Origin: Nevskiales bacterium | GTDB taxonomy: Bacteria; Pseudomonadota; Gammaproteobacteria; Nevskiales; CAJXLF01 | Reading direction: 5' to 3' | Length of the DNA stretch: 64,000 nt | Assembly: GCA_041622995.1 (NCBI GenBank) | Contig: JBFJXR010000001.1 | Location: 104,026 to 168,025 of the forward strand | Part shown: positions 47,812 through 57,395 of the stretch, piece after piece | How positions within the stretch are numbered: position 1 is the first letter of the stretch | Layout: the number at the start of each line of letters is the position of its first letter | Translations under genes and position numbers: made by a program | The notes under the pieces: generated by a model | Database searches by the model: none | Told to the model about the DNA's origin: nothing | Seen by the model: the letters and a program-made list of their open reading frames with translations, nothing else

Positions 47812-48927
47812 TCAGACGCCAGACTCTGCGGCGCTGTCTTTTAATCCATCAACACGCATCACGGCGATTGGTCGGTGAAAACCTTTTATCTCTTTATCAC
47901 CAAGCGACTCGTACTTTGCAATTTCTTCAACGCTGACGATGAACTTGAGCGGTGCCAGGATTTCGCCATGCTGGGCACTTGAACACATTCGCGCGGCCAG
48001 ATTAGTGACGGCCCCTATTGCCGCATACTGCCACCTGCCCGCAAAGCCGATTGCGCCTATGGTTGCGTAGCCTTTGGATAAACCAATACCCAAACCCAAA
48101 TCATACCCACGTTTTTTCCAGGTACTACATAGCAATTCAAAACGATCTCTCATTGCAATTGCAGTTAGCAACGCCTGCCTTTCAGGCTCATCAATTTCCA
48201 GCGGAGCATTAAAAAATATAGTCATGCTGTCCCCCGCAAAATGCTCGACCGTGCCCTGATGCGCTTCAACAATCTCACCCATTTCCGCATAAAACTCACC
48301 AAGCACACAGACGACGTCTTCAGGTTCAGCGGTTTCAGAAAAAGGCGTAAAACCCCGCAAATCAATCACACAAACAGTCACCTCCCTGCGCTTGGCTTTC
48401 AGTAGTGAATCTCCTCCTTCTGAAACAATCAATTCAGCTACTTTTTGTGGTAGAAAGTTTTTCAAGCTACCCAGACGCTGTAGTTCTGCAACCTGATCCT
48501 GTACACGTGATTCAAGTAGTTCATTCCACTCGACGTTTTCCCGATGCAAACGTTCAACGCGCAGTAAAGATCGTACTCGCGCCAACAATTCCTCACGATT
48601 AACAGGTTTGGTTAAAAATTCGTCAGCCCCTGCATCCAGCCCTTTAACACGCTCCTCTTCAGGACGTGCACCCGTCACAAGGATAATCGGTAACGCTCTG
48701 GTTTCCGTTCGCTCACGAATCCTTTGACAAACTTCATAGCCACTCAAACCTGGCATCACAACATCAAGCAACAATAAATTGGGTGGATTACTTTCGATTT
48801 GTTCCAGCGCCTCCTCACCACTGCGACTTACTGAAACATTAAATCCCTCTTCCGACAGCAAGGTACCCAGCAGGCGTAGATTTGAGGCCTCGTCATCAAC
48901 TACCAATATACGACTCTTCTCAGTCAT
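47812..48927 (-). CDS. response regulator with class III nucleotide (adenylate/guanylate-type) cyclase output domain
   Basis: 371 aa. The REC domain has DD, LLLLDVVMPGLSG and TKP. A coiled-coil linker follows. The cyclase domain has metal Asp residues (VIDLRGFT, AGDSM) and the transition-state motif TNLAARM. Confidence 0.88.
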   Translation of the reverse strand: MTEKSRILVVDDEASNLRLLGTLLSEEGFNVSVSRSGEEALEQIESNPPNLLLLDVVMPGLSGYEVCQRIRERTETRALPIILVTGARPEEERVKGLDAGADEFLTKPVNREELLARVRSLLRVERLHRENVEWNELLESRVQDQVAELQRLGSLKNFLPQKVAELIVSEGGDSLLKAKRREVTVCVIDLRGFTPFSETAEPEDVVCVLGEFYAEMGEIVEAHQGTVEHFAGDSMTIFFNAPLEIDEPERQALLTAIAMRDRFELLCSTWKKRGYDLGLGIGLSKGYATIGAIGFAGRWQYAAIGAVTNLAARMCSSAQHGEILAPLKFIVSVEEIAKYESLGDKEIKGFHRPIAVMRVDGLKDSAAESGV

Positions 48928-48935
48928 GATTCACC

Positions 48936-51900
48936 CTAGCTCAAACACTCGTTAAGCAGGTCAGCAGCGGTATCAAAATCAAATCCTCGAATAGCCACAG
49001 ACAACTTCTCCAGTGACTCTGGAGAAATTTTTTCTGCCAACGTTGGCTTCAAAGCATCAAATTTCTCCTGTGCGGTGAAGTCACTACTCATAACCAATGC
49101 CATTAATTCTGCTATCTGGCTGGAATACGCCTCCTCTGACAACACATCAGCTTTCGTTGCAACAGGGGTTTCATTGGGCAGAGCAGCCACAGACTCCCTT
49201 ACCTGTGATAATTGCCGCTCCATTTCAGCCAGCAATGGCATTAACTTATCCTCTTCGCCACTTTTCATGGCCATCTCAAGTAGCCGGGCAGTCTCAGATA
49301 ACTGATTACAACCGATATTGGCAGCCATCCCTTTTAGGGAATGAGCTTCCCTGATTGCATCCTCGGTTTTCCCTGATGACCACATTACAGTGATGCGATC
49401 ACTGGCATCTTTCTGGTCTTCGGCGAATTCAACCAGCAATTCCAGGAGCAATCGCTTTCTACCACCCAAGCGTAGCAGTGCCTCTTGCAACTCTATACCT
49501 GGAAGCTCGTCAGGCAACTCCGAAATCGCACCGTGGTCGACTTTTGTACTGACATCACTCATGTTTGCACCGTTTTCAGAAGGAGCCCACCTTGCAAGCA
49601 ATTCAAATAAAAGAGTTGAATCAATGGGCTTTGGAAGGAAATCATTCATACCAGAGGCCAAGGCCGATTCTCGATCCTGCTGCATCGCATTTGCGGTCAT
49701 GGCAATGATGGGTACGTTGCTAAACTGTTCCAATTGCCGGATGGCCCTGGTGGCCTGCAAACCATCCATTACAGGCATTTGCAGATCCATTAATACAGCG
49801 TCGAAAGTTTCTGACTGGACTTTTTCTACTGCTTGCTGGCCATCATTCGCCAATTCAACTTTAACCCCAACATCAGTCAGAACCTCTTTGGCCAGTCGCC
49901 GGTTAAGACCATTATCATCCACCACCAGCACATGCATTCCACGTAACTCAGGGGCATGTGTGTTTTCTGCCTGGCCTTCGGATAGCCCCTGTAATTGCTG
50001 ATGCGCATTGTCAGCCAGCCCGAAATCCACTGTGAAGCTGAATTCACTGCCTTTGCCGGGCTCACTTTGGACATCAATCTGACTACCCATTAACTCTATC
50101 AGCCGTTTGCATATCACCAGCCCCAGACCTGAGCCACCATACTTGCGTGATAGTGACTGATCACCCTGTGAGAATGGCGAGAAAAGACGTGAGCGCTGCT
50201 CATCCGTAATGCCAATTCCAGTGTCCTGCACTGTGAACCTTATTGAAATACCGTTTTGATTAGCTTTCACTAGCTCAATAATAAATTTCACATAACCTGT
50301 ATCCGTAAATTTCACGGAATTACCTATCAGGTTCATAAGCACCTGTTCGAGATGAGGCCCATCTCCAACCAGCAGGTCTGGAATGTCTTGTGCCCTTTCA
50401 ACTTCCATTGAAATGCCTTTGTTTACGGCTTCCGCACTCACCAGACTTGTGACCTGATCAATTACTGTTGAAAGTGAAAATGGTTCATTAATGAGGTGGA
50501 GAGCACCTGTTTCTATTCGCGTCAGATTGAGCACATCATCAAGTACCTTGAGCATTGACTCGGATGCCTTTTCAATACGACCAAGATGAGTAAGCCGCTC
50601 ATTCTCGGCACTACTTCCCAGTGCCAGTCTGGTAAATCCGGCAATGGCGTTCATTGGTGTCCTGAGCTCGTGACTCATTTTTGCCAGAAAATCAATTTTT
50701 GCCCTCGTTTCTGCCAACTCATGCCTATGTGCCAGACGTTCACGCTGACGACGTTCCCGATTGATCTGATCAGCCAGCCCCAGAGACACCAGCGTTACAA
50801 GAAAACACAAGCCAATATGTATGGCATAGGTCGTCAGGAATGTAATCGGCAACAAGCCATTAGTCTGCATCACCTTTGCCACAATGCCGACGACCAGAAC
50901 TCCCCAGACAAGCACATAAAAACGTGCCGTTCTATGGCCGGTCAGTGCCTGTGTCAATATGACAGCAGCTATCAGGACGGTAGTGATTGCCGCCACCATG
51001 ACCACCACAAAAATACTAATCTGAACAGACAGAAATATCGGCATAATGGCACACAGTACCGCTGCCGCCATTGCCATACCGAGCATCCTATCCAGTCTCG
51101 GTGAATATTTTTTCGTCTGTAATGACGTTCGTATGAATAAAGGGATAAACAAGCTACTCAGGGCTATAAATACCGTCAGGCTTTTGTTCACAAAGGCTGG
51201 TGATAGCCACCACATAAACGGAAAAGCAAAACCATCCAGACTCATTTGAGCCGCAGCGAGCCAAAAGATAAATATTATGTAATAAAGATAAGCGGCATCC
51301 CTTATGGTCAGGAAAATCAGAAAGTTGTAAATGATCATTACGGCAACAATGCCGTAAAACATGCCGTAGAGGAGATTCTCTATATTCGTCTTTTCGTAGA
51401 AAGCCTCCGCGGTCCATAATGCCAATGGCAACTGGTGCGAACCCTCAAGTTGAGCACGAATATATAATGTAATTTCGCTTCCAGGCTCAATATCAAGGGC
51501 AATTGCATAGTTACGATGGTTTATACCTGTTGAACCCGGTGGCCGGAGATCTCCACCACGCACGATTCGCAATCTCCCGGTAGCATCTGAAATATATACA
51601 TCTACATAATCCAGTGGCGGCCATGATATTTCCAGTATCCAGTTATTCTGTTTACTGTGATGTGGATTTTTCAATGAAAATCGATACCAGTATGCTGCCT
51701 GGGTAAAACCAAAGTTAAGACCCGTCACCCCGCTGGAGATAAAACTATTACTTAATGGTGGCTGGCTAACTTCTTCATAAACCATCTTCCCGGAGTCATC
51801 CCTTAGTACTTGAACCTGACTGCTCAGAACCAGTGAATGTAGCTCGGGATTAATCTCTATCGTCTGTGGTGAGGCAGCACTTGCCTGCATTAAACTATTC

Positions 51901-52016
51901 AGCAAAACGAGTGTGAATAACATGGCCTTAGGCAAATAGTTGGCCCTAGGCAATAAGCACCTCCTTATACGGAACATTTCACTCAGGAAAAAGGCCATGA
52001 AATCATTCGCAATCAA
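48936..52016 (-). CDS. 7TMR-DISM hybrid sensor histidine kinase (LadS-like: HisKA-HATPase-REC-Hpt)
   Basis: 1026 aa. A periplasmic domain (LNFGFTQAAYWYRFSLKNP) is followed by 7 TM segments. The H-box is LAKMSHELRTPMNA (His codon 50670-50672) and the G-box is GGSGLGL. REC has LMDLQMPVMDG, and Hpt has EAHSLKGMA (His codon 49341-49343). The TTG start at 52016 is uncertain; later Met codons are at 51998 and 51923. Confidence 0.9.
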   Translation of the reverse strand: MIANDFMAFFLSEMFRIRRCLLPRANYLPKAMLFTLVLLNSLMQASAASPQTIEINPELHSLVLSSQVQVLRDDSGKMVYEEVSQPPLSNSFISSGVTGLNFGFTQAAYWYRFSLKNPHHSKQNNWILEISWPPLDYVDVYISDATGRLRIVRGGDLRPPGSTGINHRNYAIALDIEPGSEITLYIRAQLEGSHQLPLALWTAEAFYEKTNIENLLYGMFYGIVAVMIIYNFLIFLTIRDAAYLYYIIFIFWLAAAQMSLDGFAFPFMWWLSPAFVNKSLTVFIALSSLFIPLFIRTSLQTKKYSPRLDRMLGMAMAAAVLCAIMPIFLSVQISIFVVVMVAAITTVLIAAVILTQALTGHRTARFYVLVWGVLVVGIVAKVMQTNGLLPITFLTTYAIHIGLCFLVTLVSLGLADQINRERRQRERLAHRHELAETRAKIDFLAKMSHELRTPMNAIAGFTRLALGSSAENERLTHLGRIEKASESMLKVLDDVLNLTRIETGALHLINEPFSLSTVIDQVTSLVSAEAVNKGISMEVERAQDIPDLLVGDGPHLEQVLMNLIGNSVKFTDTGYVKFIIELVKANQNGISIRFTVQDTGIGITDEQRSRLFSPFSQGDQSLSRKYGGSGLGLVICKRLIELMGSQIDVQSEPGKGSEFSFTVDFGLADNAHQQLQGLSEGQAENTHAPELRGMHVLVVDDNGLNRRLAKEVLTDVGVKVELANDGQQAVEKVQSETFDAVLMDLQMPVMDGLQATRAIRQLEQFSNVPIIAMTANAMQQDRESALASGMNDFLPKPIDSTLLFELLARWAPSENGANMSDVSTKVDHGAISELPDELPGIELQEALLRLGGRKRLLLELLVEFAEDQKDASDRITVMWSSGKTEDAIREAHSLKGMAANIGCNQLSETARLLEMAMKSGEEDKLMPLLAEMERQLSQVRESVAALPNETPVATKADVLSEEAYSSQIAELMALVMSSDFTAQEKFDALKPTLAEKISPESLEKLSVAIRGFDFDTAADLLNECLS

Positions 52017-55000
52017 GCATCGCCTTCTGACATCTCTGCCTGAACGTGATTATGCTCAGCTGATTTTGCCTTTAACCAATGCGAAATTGTCTCTATGAGC
52101 TTGGCTGCATCAATAGGCTTGGTCAGGAAGTCACTCATGCCCGCTTCCATACACTCATCCCGGTCACTCTGCATGGCATTGGCGGTCATCGCGATAACAG
52201 GGAGCAATTCACAGCCCGGCAGCTTTCTCAGGACACGGGTCGCCTCAAAACCGTCCATGACAGGCATTTGCACGTCCATTAACACCACGTCATACGTCTT
52301 CTGCTTAATGGCATCAATGGCTTCCTTGCCATTCTCCGCAGTATCCAGCAATACACCTACATCAGATAAGATTTCTCCCGCTAACCTTCGATTCAGTTCA
52401 TTGTCCTCAACAAGCAAAACGCGTACGCCTGTCAAATCTCCATAACTCTTGCATTCAGTGACTACCTTGGCCGCACTACTGCTTTTCTCATCGAACGACA
52501 ATATTGCTTCTTGCACAGTCTCCAGCAGCATAGACGGTTTAATGGGTTTTTCCAGATAGCTATTCGCTCCAGCAGCTACCGATGCCTCGACTAAATCCTC
52601 GCGCCCATGTGCCGTCATCAGGATAATCGCCAGATTCTGCTGGCTTAACTCGGCACGAATGAGCCGAGTTGCCTCAATGCCATCTAACTCGGGCATACGC
52701 CAATCCATCAGCACCGCATCAAAGGATTCGGATTTAAGCAATTCCAGTGCTTCTTTTGCACTGGAAACCATTGATGTTTTGAAACTCAACGACTCGAGCA
52801 GACGACTATAAACCTGGCGTGCGGCTGCATTGTCGTCGACCACTAACACACGCTTGCCACTTACTTCGCCCGCAAGTGGCTCTACCCCTTTGTTTTTACC
52901 CACACCAAGTTTGACTGAAAACCTGAAGGTACTCCCTACACCAGGCTGACTCTCCAGAGAAATTTCACCGCCCATCAATTCCACAAGTTGCTTGCAAATC
53001 GCCAGACCAAGACCGGTACCTCCATACTTTCTGGTCGTGGACTGATCCGCCTGATTGAATGGCCTGAACAGCTTCTGCTGCTGCTCCTCAGTCAGGCCTA
53101 TCCCCGAATCCCTGACCATAAAACCAATAACTGCATGATCATTCTCAACTGCCAATTGCTCAATGCCGACCTCGACCTCACCACTCTCGGTAAACTTCAA
53201 TGCATTACTGAGTAAATTCATGAGCACCTGTTCAAGCCTCAGCGGATCACCTACCAATGAAACAGGCAACTCGTAGGAACCAGGCACAATAAACTCAATA
53301 CCTTTGCTTGCCGCCTGAGATGAGAACAGATCTACCAGTTTGTCCAGGATTTGCTGCATTGAGAACTCACGAGACTCAAGCGTTAATTTTCCAGCTTCAA
53401 TCTTCGAAAGATCGAGAATGTCATTAATAATGTGTAGCAAGCTGTGCGAAGCAGTGGAGATATGCTGCAAATGCTCCTGTTTACGATCTACAGAATCACT
53501 CCTCAATGCAAGCTCGGTAAATCCGATAACAGCATTCATTGGTGTTCTTAGCTCATGGCTCATTTTGGCCAGAAACTCACTCTTGGTGGCCGTGGCTGCC
53601 TCAGCCACTTCGCGAGCACGCTCAAGCTTCTCTTTTTCCCGGCGTGCACTGATATCAGTCAGAATCCCGTCATTACCGATTGCACGACCATCCGCATCAA
53701 GAATTGTTCTTACTGACAAGGATCCCCAGAACACACTCCCATCCTTCCTGCGTAATTGCATCTGGTGGCTACTGATCTGACCATCTTCTCTGAGCGCCTC
53801 AACAATCGCTTCTCCATCCCTGGCATGCACTGATGTATCAAGTCTTAAATTGACTCCAGCAGCTATGAATTCCTCTGCTGAGGCGTAGCCAAGCATATTC
53901 GCCATAGCCGGATTGGCATTAATGCACTTACCCTTCCTGTCTGTCTGGAATATTCCTTCGAGAACGTTATTGACCATACGTTCATAACGCTCAAGATTGG
54001 TAATAGCCTGGCCACGGGCATTGAGTGCTTCCTCCTGTGCATCTATCTTTTCTTTGCGTTCAATATTAATCCTGTCTGCCAGCGCCAATGAAAGCAGAGT
54101 TACCGTCACCATTACGCCAATTTGCCATGCGTAAGCGGTTATAAAACTGGTCGGTAAAACACCGAATAACTCACTTACCTTTATCAGGATGCCAATGATA
54201 AACAAGGTCCAGGCCAGCACATAAAAACGTGCAATCCGGACACCTGCACGCAATGACATCAAACCACTGACAATAAACATGATTGCAGTCATTGCCCCCA
54301 GTCCCGCAATTGGCGGGACAACCGCGGCATAAGAAATAAAGAAGGCCGATACCCCCAGTAACCCTATCGCTGCAATCAATATATTGTTCACCCAATTTAT
54401 CTTTGGGAGGTGCAGATGTGTATGCAGGAAGTTTTTCGAAAACAAAAGCGAAAATATCAGCGTGAGGCCGACATTAATTGGCACTCCCAGGTTCACCCCT
54501 TGAGGTGATCCCAGAATAAATTCATGCAGGTATAAATGTGTAAACCCATTCAGGTTCATTTGCAGCAAGGCAAAGCTAACCAAAGTTGCAATGTAATATA
54601 TGTAGGCAACATCCCTGACAAAAGTAAATATACAAAGGTTGTACAACGCCATCACCAGCAACACGCCATAAAATATCCCGAAGCCGAGATTTTCACGTTC
54701 CGTTTTGTTGAAATAACTCTTTGCCGTCCACAATGAGATTGGAACCTGATGTGATCCTTCAGTTTTCACGCGTAAATGCAATTGAACCTGCTCACCGGGT
54801 TCAATTTTCAAAGGAAGTGCGTAATTTCTGTGGGAAAGAAGTGCTCTATTTGGCGACCTCTGATCACCTGTTCTGTAGAGCAGCGTTCTGCCCTTTTTAC
54901 TCACATAAATATCGACAATATCCAAAGGGGGGTATCCGAGTTCCAGCACCCACTCCGAATTCTCGCTTTTCCTGATTCGTGGATGCTTTAACTGAAATCG

Positions 55001-55291
55001 ATACCAATAAGTATCTGTCGTGAACCCGAAGTTAAGATTGTTTTCAGTATTTATCGAAAACTGATTGGCCTTACCTTTACGAATATCCTTATATTCATAA
55101 TTGCCCTCAACATCACGCAACAATTCGACTTTTGAGTCAAGCCGTAATGACTCTATTGTGCTGTTAATGTTGATTAAATTGCCTGAAGCGGCAAGTAAAT
55201 GACTGCTGTAGCCATAAATAATCATGGCCCAAATCATCAGTACACGTTTCCTGATCGCGGAACCCGACATACCTACACCCCCGTTCTCCAA
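52013..55291 (-). CDS. 7TMR-DISM hybrid sensor histidine kinase (RetS-like: PAS-HisKA-HATPase-REC-REC, no Hpt)
   Basis: 1092 aa. A periplasmic domain (LNFGFTTDTYWYRFQLKHP) is followed by 7 TM segments and a PAS-like segment. The H-box is LAKMSHELRTPMNA (His codon 53555-53557) and the G-box is GGTGLGL. The two REC domains have LMDWRMPELDG and LMDVQMPVMDG. The probable true start is the ATG at 55270. Confidence 0.9.
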   Translation of the reverse strand: MENGGVGMSGSAIRKRVLMIWAMIIYGYSSHLLAASGNLININSTIESLRLDSKVELLRDVEGNYEYKDIRKGKANQFSINTENNLNFGFTTDTYWYRFQLKHPRIRKSENSEWVLELGYPPLDIVDIYVSKKGRTLLYRTGDQRSPNRALLSHRNYALPLKIEPGEQVQLHLRVKTEGSHQVPISLWTAKSYFNKTERENLGFGIFYGVLLVMALYNLCIFTFVRDVAYIYYIATLVSFALLQMNLNGFTHLYLHEFILGSPQGVNLGVPINVGLTLIFSLLFSKNFLHTHLHLPKINWVNNILIAAIGLLGVSAFFISYAAVVPPIAGLGAMTAIMFIVSGLMSLRAGVRIARFYVLAWTLFIIGILIKVSELFGVLPTSFITAYAWQIGVMVTVTLLSLALADRINIERKEKIDAQEEALNARGQAITNLERYERMVNNVLEGIFQTDRKGKCINANPAMANMLGYASAEEFIAAGVNLRLDTSVHARDGEAIVEALREDGQISSHQMQLRRKDGSVFWGSLSVRTILDADGRAIGNDGILTDISARREKEKLERAREVAEAATATKSEFLAKMSHELRTPMNAVIGFTELALRSDSVDRKQEHLQHISTASHSLLHIINDILDLSKIEAGKLTLESREFSMQQILDKLVDLFSSQAASKGIEFIVPGSYELPVSLVGDPLRLEQVLMNLLSNALKFTESGEVEVGIEQLAVENDHAVIGFMVRDSGIGLTEEQQQKLFRPFNQADQSTTRKYGGTGLGLAICKQLVELMGGEISLESQPGVGSTFRFSVKLGVGKNKGVEPLAGEVSGKRVLVVDDNAAARQVYSRLLESLSFKTSMVSSAKEALELLKSESFDAVLMDWRMPELDGIEATRLIRAELSQQNLAIILMTAHGREDLVEASVAAGANSYLEKPIKPSMLLETVQEAILSFDEKSSSAAKVVTECKSYGDLTGVRVLLVEDNELNRRLAGEILSDVGVLLDTAENGKEAIDAIKQKTYDVVLMDVQMPVMDGFEATRVLRKLPGCELLPVIAMTANAMQSDRDECMEAGMSDFLTKPIDAAKLIETISHWLKAKSAEHNHVQAEMSEGDA

Positions 55292-55393
55292 CGGATAGTG
55301 CGATGACTTGATTTTATTATTAACGAAACGTCAGCGCGCTTCCCATTTATTACTTCGTCTTATTGTCAAGCAGTGTATCAGAGAATATTAAAG

Positions 55394-55424
55394 AATGAAT
55401 TTTAAGAATCATACAAAATTCATT
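55394..55424. promoter_or_regulatory. AT-only inverted repeat in the AT-rich spacer upstream of the kinase operon
   Basis: AATGAATTTT-(11 nt)-AAAATTCATT. It lies between the acyltransferase stop (55434) and the kinase operon start. Confidence 0.3.
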
Positions 55425-55433
55425 TAATTATCA

Positions 55434-56414
55434 CTAGTCCCCACCAGTGCCTTTTGAAGTCTTGCCAGACTCTAGCAGCAACTGTTCAATGCGCTGATCC
55501 TTTTCTTCCCAGAGATTCTGGATCCAGTCCTGAATTCGTTTCCTGAACACCATGTCCTCGCCATAGTTGCCATGAAAAAATTCGTCTGGAATTTCTATCT
55601 GTCTGACGTCGACGATCACACGAGCCACCCTGCCTGAAATCATATCCCAGAATTCCCGAGCCCCCTCAGGATAGACAACGGTAATATCAAGCAGCTTGTG
55701 CAGGCGCGAACCCATGACTGACATGGCGAATGCAAAACCGCCTGACTTCGGCAGCAGCAGATGCTTATAGGGCGATTCCTGCCGTTCATGTTTCGCCTGG
55801 GTAAAACGTGTGCCTTCCAGGTAGTTCAGAATCATGACGGGAATATGCTGAAACTTTTCACAGGCAGCCCGTGTCGTTGCCAGATCCTTGCCCTTGAGCT
55901 CCGGTTTCTTGGCCACCTGCTCCGGCGTATATCGCTTCATGAACGGGAAATCCAGACCCCACCAGGCGAGCCCCAGAATCGGCACCCATATCAGTTCCTG
56001 CTTCATAAAGAACTTGAAAAATGGCGCACGCATGTCGAAGGCCTTCATGACCGCAGGAATGTCGTTATAACTCTGGTGATTTGAAACGGCCATATACTGC
56101 CCATTGCGGTCCAGCTTATCGACACCGCGTATATCCCATTCCACTGCTACCATCACGTCTAGGATTTTCACATTTGCCGACGCCCATAGCTGAGCAAAAA
56201 CGGCGATCCAGTGCGACACAGCAATACGTGCCCGTCCACGTGTAATCAACTTGATAAAAATCAGAAGATACACAGGTACTGCCCAGAGCATCAGGTTAAT
56301 TAACATTATCGAAAATGTGATCACGCCCAACAGGGGCGCAGGCAGGAATTGCTTCATGGCACCGGGTAGAACTCGATCAGTGAATGACAGGGTCAAGATT
56401 ATACGACCTGCCAC
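55434..56414 (-). CDS. lysophospholipid/glycerolipid acyltransferase (PlsC/YihG-like)
   Basis: 326 aa with an N-terminal TM region, an HX4D motif (NHQSYNDIP) and an EGTR motif (LEGTRF). The track uses a GTG start at 56414; an alternative ATG is at 56357. Confidence 0.8.
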   Translation of the reverse strand: MAGRIILTLSFTDRVLPGAMKQFLPAPLLGVITFSIMLINLMLWAVPVYLLIFIKLITRGRARIAVSHWIAVFAQLWASANVKILDVMVAVEWDIRGVDKLDRNGQYMAVSNHQSYNDIPAVMKAFDMRAPFFKFFMKQELIWVPILGLAWWGLDFPFMKRYTPEQVAKKPELKGKDLATTRAACEKFQHIPVMILNYLEGTRFTQAKHERQESPYKHLLLPKSGGFAFAMSVMGSRLHKLLDITVVYPEGAREFWDMISGRVARVIVDVRQIEIPDEFFHGNYGEDMVFRKRIQDWIQNLWEEKDQRIEQLLLESGKTSKGTGGD

Positions 56415-56512
56415 AGAGGTGAAAGTCAGGCACAGGTAAAGTTTGTTACCTGAAACAGGATATTTAGATCGAGCAGTGGCAGACTACATAAAAATTTAAG
56501 GTCTTACATCCT

Positions 56513-57391
56513 ATGCTCGCTGCCATTCTCAGAGTCGCACTCCGGCTATTTGCAAAACCCTTTCTGGCACCAAGGTTTTCAGTTGCCTTTCAGCGCTGGT
56601 GGACAAATATGCTCATGCTCCCCAACCTAAATGCCCGTGGTACCAGCTTTGACCCTGTTGTTCTGAATGGCATACCCGCACGACTGATCGCTAATAAAGG
56701 CTCTACTGAGAAAACAATTCTTTATCTGCACGGAGGCGCCTACATATTGGGCAACCCCAAGGGGCACCGTGGACTGTGCTCGCATCTGGCGAAGTTCAGC
56801 AATCAGAAAATTTATTCGCTCGATTACCGACTCGCACCCGAGCATGTCTATCCTGCAGCGTTGGAAGACGCACTTGCTGCCTATCAACATCTACTGGATC
56901 AGGGCATAGAAGCGAGCAACATTTCTCTGGCGGGTGACTCGGCAGGCGCTGGACTTGCATTAAGTACTACTTTGAATATTCGTGACCGCAGCCTGCCGAT
57001 GCCCGCCAGACTCTTTTTAATTTCACCCTGGGCGGATATGACATTAAGCGGCGACAGCATCAAGACAAAAGCCAAGACTGATCCGATGATCCGGGAAGAC
57101 TGGGCGCAGAGTTGCGGCGAGATGTATTTGGGAGCGACTGCAGCCAGTCACCCGGATTGTTCACCACTTTTTGCAAACCTGGACAATTTGCCGCCCACAC
57201 TCATTCACGTCGGCAGCGAAGAAATATTACTGGATGACTCGCTACGGCTGACAGAAAAGCTCAAGGCAGGTGGTAATGAAGTAACGCTGAGGGTTTTCGA
57301 ATCCTACTGGCACGATTTTCAGCTACAGGCGGGCACTTTGCCCATGGCCAATGAATCCCTGCAGGAGGCGGCTGTTTTTTTGAATCGCTAG
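56513..57391 (+). CDS. alpha/beta hydrolase fold-3 esterase/lipase (HSL family)
   Basis: 292 aa with an HGG oxyanion motif (LHGGAY) and the nucleophile elbow GDSAGAG. Confidence 0.85.
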   Translation: MLAAILRVALRLFAKPFLAPRFSVAFQRWWTNMLMLPNLNARGTSFDPVVLNGIPARLIANKGSTEKTILYLHGGAYILGNPKGHRGLCSHLAKFSNQKIYSLDYRLAPEHVYPAALEDALAAYQHLLDQGIEASNISLAGDSAGAGLALSTTLNIRDRSLPMPARLFLISPWADMTLSGDSIKTKAKTDPMIREDWAQSCGEMYLGATAASHPDCSPLFANLDNLPPTLIHVGSEEILLDDSLRLTEKLKAGGNEVTLRVFESYWHDFQLQAGTLPMANESLQEAAVFLNR

Positions 57392-57395
57392 ATGT

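Noticed and set aside
47812-55291. Whether the kinase-kinase-regulator operon is a phage-defence two-component system (Detocs-like).
   Set aside because: The sensors are membrane 7TMR-DISM proteins with periplasmic domains. There is no stand-alone Hpt buffer protein, and the effector is a cyclase rather than a nucleotide-degrading enzyme. No other defence genes are nearby. An environmental-signal phosphorelay is the simpler reading.
52013-55291. The N-terminal extensions produced by the TTG starts of the two kinase ORFs (55291 and 52016).
   Set aside because: Downstream ATG codons (55270; 51998 or 51923) give more typical signal-like N-termini. The extensions are probably not translated, although the 4-nt stop/start overlap at 52013-52016 would favour coupling if TTG is used.
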